Assembly: GCA_965644295.1 (NCBI GenBank)
Contig: CBFFRP010000408.1
Location: forward strand, 186,001 to 250,000
Reading direction: 5' to 3'
DNA length: 64,000 bases
Source: Paraphysomonas bandaiensis
Taxonomy: Eukaryota > Protista > Chrysophyceae
Shown here: positions 53,120 to 64,000 of the stretch, one piece after another
Position numbering within the stretch: the stretch's first letter is position 1
Layout of the letters: every line of letters begins with the position of its first letter
Made by a program: the position numbers and the translations under genes
Notes under the pieces: model-generated
Database searches by the model: none
Told to the model about the DNA's origin: nothing
What the model saw: only the letters and a program-made list of their open reading frames with translations

Positions 53120-53360
53120 CTTTATATTATGCTTGACGGAAGAGCTTGAACTGTATAATATATGTGTGTAGTCGGTGACTTTTATTGCTGTAAAACTGAA
53201 GTATTATGGAAGAAATTAGTAAAAAATATTATAAATAATACTTTTCACACTGTCATTAACTTCATAGTTACTTATTGTGCATAGTTATACCCTTTTCCGA
53301 CCATCACCAAAAATTTCACCAGGTTATACATCAAAACCCAGGTTTTGGTATTACCTCGAC
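52970..53360 (+). mobile_element. Family A TIR transposon, right arm
   Basis: Homologous to ~9563-10203; ends CCAGGTTTTGGTATTACCTCGAC|tta. Confidence 0.72.
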
Positions 53361-54057
53361 TTATGATGTGTACTAGTCGTCGCATTATCATAGGATACTA
53401 GGTTTTGATGTGAAATGTGTGGCTGCATTATAGAGCAACTAAATGCAATAGTTTAGGGCCACTGAAGCAATTATAACGTTAATGACGAATAAAGTACACA
53501 GTAGTTTAAATAATATTTTTACAATAGATTAATGAAGTGTATAAAATATAGTAGGTAAATAAGATAATTAGTTATTGGCTGACTGTAAATATATATATAT
53601 CCAATATATACTGAAAAAAGTCTATCACAATTACAATTTAATTAAATTGAGTGTGGTGTGTACAGAGTGCAATATGTAAATTACTGATTGTATAGTACAG
53701 TTAATAACTACTTATCGAGAAAACAATATTTCAAGTTGCCTGACAATATTGCTAATCATAAAGTGATAACTACTGTCGCCACACACTTTAGACTGATATT
53801 CACCAGCCAGTACTTTAAGTCTCTAATTTGAGTTGTAAATGTTCTAAGTTTGGATATTTCTTAATCGCTGACGTACCGCAGTTAATTTTAAACACATTCG
53901 GCACATTTATACGGATATAATAATATATAAAATAGTGAAAGGGAATTTCATTCGAAAGTATGTGCCGACATGGATATATCATTCATACCGTTGCATAAGA
54001 CAATATATTCTTGCAAGCGATGTTGGCTAATAGTTTATTATTAATTACACTGTTGTA

Positions 54058-56057
54058 CTACGTTTCGTTCTCAGATATCACCTCTATCAATGGTACTCGT
54101 TTCGGCTGGTCATCACAATTTTCACTCTGCGCCGGAGTTATGGACAAAGCTTCCAACCCAAGACTTGCATTCGCAACATCACTGCTATCTGTGTCATGTA
54201 ATTGTACAGACACATTCTCTTCTGTATTACTTTCATTATCGCTTTCAGTACTGCTATTCGAACTTGTAGTACTACTCTCATAACTTTCACTGTCTTCGTC
54301 ACAAGTGTACGCTCGTTCAATATCTAGTAAACCAAGCTGCAAATCACCTTTTGTTATAAATTTTTTCACTTCAGCTAATTCATTTCCCAGGGCCTTACAT
54401 ACAGAACTTCCATTCTCCAGCCTAGAGAGCCACACACAGTAGTCGTCAATGAACACTTTATTCAGAAGGTAATGTGTTTCGGTTCGCTCAAATATTCGAC
54501 GTATGTTCAATAAACACTTCAGCACCATTCGCTGGCCGGCGAGAAGAATTCTAACAACATCAGCAAATATCTTCCTTATCAGTGGCCACATTCGCAAGTA
54601 CGGATATATGAGGGCGCGTCTCGCACAGAATACCGCTACTTGGTGTAAAGTAATACTGTCTGATATTGACACTTCAGTGCTAGTGGATTCGGTACCAATT
54701 GCAATTCCTTCAAGTGTCTTCGATTTTTCGCATTTTCTTTCCAAATTGGTAAGTTGAGAACGCGAATTCGAACTTTCGTCGTTCCGTACTTCGTAGTATT
54801 CCAACCAGGACAAGGAAGGGCTTACCCTTGATATGGTGTAGGCAGACTCCACTGTAGGTTCTCCTTGAGTAGTGCGGCAGTCATACGCATAAGCAAATAA
54901 AATATCTACAAGAGAAAGAAGGACACTGCGCTCTTCGACAGAAGACGAAGGAATTAGGTAAGACCTGTTGTAACGTTGTGACGCGTAGGAAGTGTATAGT
55001 AGTACAAATACTAACAGCGTGTCGTATGTATAAATACAAATTTCCCACATGTACATTACTATTGCTAAAAAACTACCAGTGTGGTGAATATATGAGTGCA
55101 GTACCTGCGAGGCAACTTTCGTTGTGTCTCCTGCTCATCATCTGAATACCCTCCAATAGCATCGAACACTGATGCCTCACGTTGATCCTCAACAACCGAC
55201 AAGGGGGGTTCTGATTCGGCAGAGGGCGGGAGCGCTGTGGTAACACTGTCGCTTTCACATGCACTTGAAGATACAGGCTCTGTGGCTGATGGAGGGCCCA
55301 AAGGGCTCTCAGAAGGGCCAGAAGCTGTAGAATGATGAACCTTTAGCTGCTCCCAGTACATATCCCACGGAGCAGTATACGCCATAGACTCAATATATAT
55401 GGCATCATTTTCACCCTCAATCCAGTCACCAATATACCTATCTTCATTAAAATCAACACCTTCTGCTTGTAATCGCAAAATTCTTCGTTCCCGATAAGGC
55501 ACTGAGTCAGGACAACGGATACTTATCATATCTACCAATTCATCCCGAAGGTCGTTAAGCACACCTGAGTACCGCTGATTGAATCCGTAAGTATTACACC
55601 CAAGGGAAATATTCGGAGTCTCCAGGTCATTACTTTCAGAAATACTTTCTCCCATGCCAACTTCTACATCCGCAGAGTCGGTGGGGTTATCGTTAGTGGT
55701 TTCACTCACAACTTCAATCGAAGGAAAAGAATAAGTAGAGTCATCTTTCAATTTCCTCCTTAGCATTAATTGAGACGACAAATCGAGACCAGGAAAATAC
55801 TCCCCTTTATTTTTTTTTGGTAGCGTTGCAATGATGACTCCATTTTCTTCCTCAGGATCGTATTTAGCCGAGCATCGCTCATCTTCCTCCACTTCAGAAG
55901 GCAACGAAAGCTTTAAGAGGTAAGGCTTACAGAAAAAAGTAAACTCAGTCCCATCTGCGATAATTTCAGCATCCGACACACGAATATAAGGCACGAATAT
56001 CTTCACCACAACGCAGTCATCTGACTGAGAGACGCTAAACTTCGGAGTCAAAACCAT
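54058..56057 (-). CDS. SHQ1: H/ACA RNP assembly factor SHQ1, 2 exons
   Basis: MVLTPKFSVSQ, FFCKPYLLKLSLP, GEYFPGLDL, YGFN, LVDILFAYAYDCRTTQGEPTVESAYTI, RRALIYPYLRMW, YLLNKVFIDDYCVW; intron ~54966-55103. Confidence 0.93.
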
Positions 56058-56716
56058 CTGATGGATATCGTTATTGTAAGAGTCTGATAATCAGGAGAGA
56101 GAGGGGCGATCGGCACTATCAGCAAACAATGCGTATAGCACTATGAGAGCTCCATCAGTTGACTGCTACGAACACTGTTGTAAAGCTTATGACTTGGACT
56201 TGTTGGAGTGATAGAGTTACACGGAACCACTCCACACAATAGTCTAAAAGTCGACTTTATGGAATAAAAAGTATGGAATTTTACGAAAATCTAAATATAA
56301 ACTCAGTGATCAATATCAGCCAATCAAGACACATTGAGTAGAAACTGAAAAAAGTTCCCTTTGCCTCCTCAAGATCGAAAAGATCATGTCAACAGTGTGT
56401 GAAAGATGTTGTGTGGAAGGGAGTGTTGTATACTACTGCCGTAGACTCTACGTACAGCAGTGTATGTATGTAGATCTCGCAGCATAGCTCTATAAAAAAG
56501 AATCCATATGCATGTTTTTTTATGATTCTGTCCTACACATACATACATACACAGCACAGTGTTACTGCAGCTGTATGTACTTGTCTACTGCACACTGCAC
56601 TGTGATGTGCTGGGCTGGGACCGTAACATAATCATCACCACATCTCTCATATAGTCACACTGTCTGTGAAATTAATTGCTGTGGAGTAGTCCGATATAGT
56701 CTAGATCAAGTGAATA

Positions 56717-57610
<894 letters not shown>

Positions 57611-59931
57611 ACTAATGCGAGCCCACAACTGTTTTGTCTTTTACCGATTACGCCACGCCAGTTCCATATCAACCCCACTGTAGCTAGGATTCGTATATTG
57701 AATTGTGCTGTGTTGGAATGGATGAGTCGATTTCTGGCTTGTTCCTGCAGCTGTGCCCGTTACTTTGAAAGTAGTCGATGTCGAGGTAGTAATGGTAGTA
57801 TTCAGAAACAATATTATTGTAGTCTGTTCAGATTGCAACATAATAGCGTGCTCGGTTGGTCATTTTAACATTTAAGCTTACCGACTGAAACGCATCGTTG
57901 TAATGATTGAAGATAATTAGTAAGAATTGTTCTTGTTAAAATATTCGTATGGTCTAAAGTCTAAACTGGTTAATATTGGTTAATAGATCACCTACAGGCT
58001 TGCGTCACAATTGCCGACAGATATCCAACAACAATAATTGCAATTTGTATCATCCAATTAATTGTCACCATGTCTATTGCTTGATTTTAGAATAACTTTC
58101 TGAACTGTTATAATCTAATCCCAAAGATGCGGATTTGCACACAGAAACATCAACCTCGCTCGCTTCAAGGTCTCCCGAGGTGTCATTTGCTCACAAAAAT
58201 GTGTAATAACAAACTATACAAATGCTTCATGCAACGATATCGTGTTGGCAGCTGGAGCGATGCGTCTCTAAATATGAGACAAAAGCACTCCTATCCTGAC
58301 GTGATCTACTTCGCTTGGGATTAATTGCACCGCATCAACATCAAAAAACACACACGCAGATGAGTGGATAATGCCATCATTATATACCTATTGACCATAA
58401 CAATATTATCATATCGCATTCACCCTGATGCATTGTTTCGATTCAATAGGCTCTTTCCGACTGGACATTCTCTGCATTGCCATTATTTACAAACCCAACC
58501 TTATCAAATAATTACTATGATGCCATCCTGTTTAATAAATTATGCTACTAAGCATTGCTATTCCATAATTACTCTAGTTCATTGTTGTAGCACACACGCT
58601 ACGGTTCTTTGGTATGAGTGTATTCATGCACACGCACATACTACTGTTCCTCTGATAATGGCCCCTATAACGTCATTAACACATACGCTATTCTTGAATA
58701 CATAACTCAGCAATGTGGTCAGGCCTGCGTAACAATTATTTACTGACCACGCTTCACTTTCCTGGATGGAAATGTGCTCAGTTAGTTCTTTGCCAACGAC
58801 CTTTGACATGTTATATTACCCTTGCGTGCTGAGATTAAAATGTATACTGACCCTTATACTAACTTTTTCTTTTAATGAGGATGAAGAAGAAGATTGCAGT
58901 GAGGTTCTAGTTCGAAATGTCAACATCGAGCAGCGTTTGATTGTTGGTAACAGACAGCGAAAGTGAGCACGTCTTAATAAGCAAAGTCGATGTCGCAGGA
59001 GGAAGTACTTGCATACTACAGCAGCCATGCTACTGTATAGCTACTAGAGTACGTAGTCTAGAAACAATGAATAGGGATGGCGAATATAATAATTATTGCA
59101 ATTACAATAGACCAGACCCTGAGCCAATTAAATGACATAGGCTTAAAATGAACTTGGTATCTGCATATTATATCATAGTGATATTATAGTGATAGCCAAC
59201 GGTTTAACCTTGCAAAAAGGTGTACAGTCCTGCGGTTGTGTTGCTTGGGGTATTATTTTTGTATTCTGATATGTATAATAATTCATATTATATTATGAGT
59301 ATAATGACTACAAGCATTACGATGAGTATTTTAGTATAAAGAAGTAGTAGGTAGGTATTTTTTATCAACTTAGATGCTTGAATGTTCTAGTAACCACTTT
59401 GTCTTCATGCCAGACAGACCAAAATATCATTTTTCTCAAAAATAAGAAAAAATTGACATCTGATCTAAGATACTACTACACTATAAGTTGATTACGTGTA
59501 TAGAGTAAAAGATAATTACTAGCGATAGATATAACATTTAAAAATTAAGTGCTATTTAAGGGTGTAAAACTCGAAAAAAAACTAGAAATAAAGTTATCGC
59601 CAAAAATTTTAATACAGTATACACGATATACATAACATGCTGTAAAAATTTTGGCGAGAAGTTGGGAAAATTTCAGTTTTCCAACAACGCTATTTTTACA
59701 AGACCTCTTAGTTTATTTTTATAGCTATTATCAGAAACATCATATTGTAATGTCATAATATTTTTTGTGAAAGTGAATAATAAATTTTATTGCATTTTGC
59801 ATTGTGGAAGAGGTCGCTGGCATTAACTTTTAAAATATTGATGATCACTACATCGATGTCCATGACTCATTTTTCTGAGTTCAAAAGTGTAGTTAAGGAT
59901 AAGAATAACTTGTCAATCTCGCTTGTAGTCA

Positions 59932-60187
59932 GTTATAATTGCAATTATTACTTGCTGTCTCAATTTCAATTATTGCAAAAAATCATATAAGTAGCTATAC
60001 ATGTCGAGGAGACATACTCTTGGGCAAATCAGTCATAACAACCTTAGCTCTATTGAACAACCTTTAACCTTCTTATTGGTTGTGGCATGCAAGTACTTCA
60101 TGCTGTGGTAACAAGTTTGCTGGTTAAGTCTTTCTCGCTTTCGCTGCCTGCTACCATCAATCTAACGTCATTCTGAACTAGACTCGC
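59932..60187 (-). mobile_element. hAT transposase C-terminal relic, same family as 29258-30045
   Basis: Reverse complement aligns with ~29740-29895 (gttagattgatggtag...gcagcgaaagcgag...gcatgaag...ggttgttc..agagctaag.ttgtt.tgactgatttgc); translation includes RLFNRAKVVMTDL.KSMSP. Confidence 0.75.
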
Positions 60188-60467
60188 ATATTCTAAAGTA
60201 CACTTGCAACTTGCAATATTCTCAATGACACTGAAGTTCAATGTTGAACTTGGTGAGGTAGTTCGACGGACGAGTAGTCACAGATAGTGGTATCAGTGTG
60301 GCAGAATCAGGACAGCATCTTTATCATGTTTCTAACCTATAGATTGGCGTATTACTATCAAAGTACTTCATTTTCCCGATATATTGCACTTTATTACGGT
60401 AGTGCACGAAAATACTACTGTCATTCATCTGAACTGTATAATACATAAATACAATACAACTTAAGTC

Positions 60468-63400
60468 TCATCTACATTCCTTTAGATACGCCATCACTAA
60501 TTTTCCAACGCTAATAAACTGAGAGTACTTTTCGGTGCCTTCAAAGTCCTCTGCACAATCGAGAAGTTCAGCAAGCGAATCTCCTAAGGCATCATTTACT
60601 ACTTTATCGAAGTTGTTTCCATGCAACAATAAATTGTGAAACACCTTGATAATAAAGTTACATATAATAAAACCCACACTATATTATAGATAAAGGCATA
60701 CCTGGCATACAAGGGTTGTTAGAGGCAGATGCTTGAAGGATGAGCGCCTTAAAACTGCAGCTAGATTTTGAGCGGGCCGCTCCGAGTCAGTCAAGCAACT
60801 CAATGCTTGAGGATTAGCGCTGACATTGATCAGTGCCCCAGTGACCGCCAATAGAATCTCGAAGTCGCTATGGCTGAGAAGAAGAACCAAAGCTTCAGTG
60901 GCGCGAGTGACGCACAACGTCTGTATGACGGCGTCGCAGCGCGTCAAATTACCTACACAGCAAATCAATAAGTACAAAGTAAATAGGTTAACAATTGAAT
61001 ATCTTTCGATTTCGTTCAAGCATTCTACAGGAGCCCTTACAAACTCACCAAGTGCTCGTGCTGCCTCGAGAACAACCTCTGGATTATCGTGGAAGAGGTA
61101 GTTCGACAGGCGTGTAGCCATGGACTGTAGGTCCTTTGTGGTATCAGTCGCAGAATCAGGACTGCCTCTGGGACTTGCAACGGTGTCCATCTGAACTCCA
61201 TAGTCACAAATTACACTACGATTTCGCAGTAACAATAACACTCAGCTCAATACAATAGCAATTTCGACAACAAATGCACCATCAGAGGGTAACATAATCA
61301 CCTGACAAGAGTAAAATGTGAGGTTTGTGCAAGCTGCCACTACATTCAGCTGAAGCTCGTCGTGATTTCGTCCAACTTCACTGCAGGCCAAGAGCTCGAG
61401 CAACATCTGGTATATAATTTTCGTATAATTCAGAGGGCAAGATGAATCTGATACTGTATATATCCATACCTTCGTAGAATCTCGGCGCTTGGCGAGCGTT
61501 TTTCCGATCGACTCATTAATGGAAAGATTAGCAAACAGGCGTATAAGCTTAACGGTAGCATCCCCTAGCTCCTGCTCAGCTAGTCCCCCATCATCCCCTT
61601 CATCATCACTGCCATGATCAGACGATCTTTCACGACTACTGAATACATCATCCCTTTCGCTAGTTCCTTCGCTATCGTCATCATCCATGGAAGAAGTAGA
61701 GTAGAGGTGCATCAAACTGCATCCGCATGTCTGTGCAATTTAGATCACCATAATGATTTACTATAATGATTTATTTAAAAATACGGGATGCTCACCTGAA
61801 GTATCACAATTAGGGGGCGCAGACACCGACACGTGTTGGCAATCAGGAGTCTGAATATTTTAGAAACGATTACACTAGCAATTACACAAAAAGAACCATT
61901 ATCTGCTCTCTTAGATATATACGGATCACGTCACGCATAAAACAAGAACAAGATAATACTACCACTCACTAAACTTGTACTCATACACACTGAGCAAACA
62001 TCAGAAGCTACCTGTTAGCGTCATTAGTGGTTGTCATGTTGCCTAAAGAAAAAGCTGCCCGCGACAATAAGGGCCACGTGTGCCACGACGGCCATGAAAT
62101 TTCATCGTCTCCATTCATGACCCGCAGACACATTTCCGCTTCGTTTAAAATTACCTGTGTTATGGCAGCAATATATCGTGGATCAGTATTGAGTTGACTT
62201 CGGAATGGTTCTAGAAGAGATATTTTAGCCGTCACACGAACACAGTTCAGGCATAATTCGTGATTAGTCTCGAATAAATTCAAGAGATCGCAGAGATGGC
62301 AAATAGTGTAATTTGACAGCATTTGTTGTCGTCCAACAGAGTCTAGGGCAAAATTCCGGATAGTACCTACTACCTGAACCATGATATAGCCCAACTGAGA
62401 TAAAGTCACAGATTCATCACGAGACAGCGAATTCGATGCGGCGTCAACACCCCTGGCGGTCTTTGCTACTTGTTTCCTGTGGGCAGAATAAACCCGAATG
62501 ACAGCCTTCAAACCATCTGACAAAGTTGACATGGCTCCGATGTGTCCTAGTCTCTTGCGGTTTGTATCTTTCTTGGAATAACATCGCATGACGCCTGCCG
62601 CATGCACACCTGCCTCCAGGAACATCTTCAGACTCATGCCAGCATTCTGAGGAAGAGTCTCACGCCTTGCTGACTTGCCAGGTAGAACTCCCATTCCTCC
62701 TTTCACCTGGGTCCACACAACCCCCAGCAGCTCCAGAATGAGGTCAATACCACCCCGCACCATGACATCATCGTCTGCATTTACTCCAGCTTCCTCCTCC
62801 CCTGCACTCGGTGTGTCATCATTCACCGATAAATAAAGATCTCGTGTGGTTCTAAGTAGAATCCGGGCGTCATCTGGGGACAGGAGTTGAACGTCCACAG
62901 GGTATTTTGCCAAGTGCAGGCGTAATATATGACGACAAGTTTGCTGTCGAACCGCACGGCTCTGGGTCGAGTCAAGAATATGGCATAGTACTTCTACCAA
63001 TCGATTATAGAGCACTGCAATATATAAAGGAAACATTAGTACAGAACCAAAAATAAAGGTAATTAAAATAATATTCACCAGTATTATCCGAAAAAGACAC
63101 CGATTTCATATACTTCGCAAATTTGTCGACAGATTGGGTCATATTATGCAGCGCGGTGCTCAGGTAGCTCGCATCAACTGTAACACTGTGTAGGCATGTC
63201 TCAATTAGTGTGAGGTTATCTGATATATCAAGCAAAAGAAGGCTAATATCAGTTCCGGAACTGGAGTGTGTTAAGATGGGTTTAGAAGTATTAGAAGATC
63301 GTGAAGGCTCATGTGAGGATGATGACAAAATATTCGCATATAGAAACGAGGAAGTGTTTGACTTCGGAGCGCTATGAAAGTAACTATCAGATTCCGGGAT

Positions 63401-63735
63401 GTGGTCTACTCTTGCATCCAAACTGGCAGGAGTGACTGGTCGTGATGGCTCTTGAATTGTTGCTCTCGCCTGTTGCGAGTGATGAATGAGAACAACCCAA
63501 CACAGACATGTATAAACAATCAGTGTACATGCACCACAATACGGCATCACATATCTACGCAATAGTATAAGAGCACGCTGCATACACGGCACAACAGAAC
63601 ACTCATCGTCACTGATACAACACCACAGCAGAGCGAAGCAATTACCCCGGCGAGAACTTCCGCTATTCTTCCTCTTGATCTACTGGGTTTACAGGCCCTC
63701 GACCTCCCTCCTGATTCGTTGATATCACCGTACAT
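60468..63735 (-). CDS. ARMC2: Armadillo repeat-containing protein 2 (ARMC2/PF27-like), multi-exon
   Basis: Spliced N-terminus RIAEVLAGARATIQEPSRPVTP (ARMC2 RPxTP motif, from recall); ELCLNCVRVTAKIS, RAAFSLGNMTTTN, VKLIRLFANLSI, ELQLNVVAACTNLTFY, EAARALGNLTR, LVLLLSHSD...TGALINVS. Confidence 0.85.
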
Positions 63736-64000
63736 TACCTCACAAGAGACAGCACGAGTATGACATGTAGCCAATGGAGTGTGTATATAGAAACGTGTGT
63801 AGATGACATGCTTTGATACCGTGCGTGTACTTCACTGTACTATACTCTCATACACACACACACCTACACACTCACTGCGCGGGGGATTTCATACGTTGAT
63901 ATTCCTAACGGCCGCTCCGTACAACACACATATAAACTATACGGTGTATACTGGTATACGGCCTCATATACTGCTGCTCTGAGGTGACGGTATTCTATGT

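Noticed and set aside
57990-59140. Possible additional transposase relics
   Set aside because: Only vague motif resemblance in broken frames; cannot be supported without a search.

Overview
Eukaryotic nuclear DNA from a flagellated protist, probably a stramenopile (chrysophyte/ochrophyte-like; inferred from gene content and short, mostly ~40-90 nt GT-AG introns, not confirmed). About 21 host genes are recognisable: YAK1/DYRK-type kinase, TRIQK-like small membrane protein, unknown mitochondrial-type protein, MYND/SET-TPR-2OG oxygenase fusion, WD40, KIX-only protein, TEX49/SPMIP11-like and CFAP210-like ciliary proteins, KH-WW RNA-binding protein, CHMP2/VPS2, NOXRED1-like, B12D/NDUFA4-like, Enhancer of polycomb-like, a coiled-coil protein, importin-5, a secreted YHYH + YWTD protein, SLC35C2-like transporter, Sec15, SHQ1, Rab2 and ARMC2. 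Sixteen of the 21 sit in head-to-head pairs 0.4-0.7 kb apart with purine-pyrimidine-alternating promoter sequence. The AT-rich tail-to-tail gaps hold transposon debris: hAT relics, a 91-bp hAT MITE with an 8-bp TSD, a five-copy Helitron-like family carrying a decayed spliced gene fragment, and a TIR-bounded family. One copy of the TIR family still holds an apparently intact three-exon gene, absent from the ORF track, for a ~129-aa protein with an acidic patch, a Tudor-like domain and a CHZ-like motif; this is the most novel-looking item. All assignments come from manual reading and motif recall; no database searches were run.
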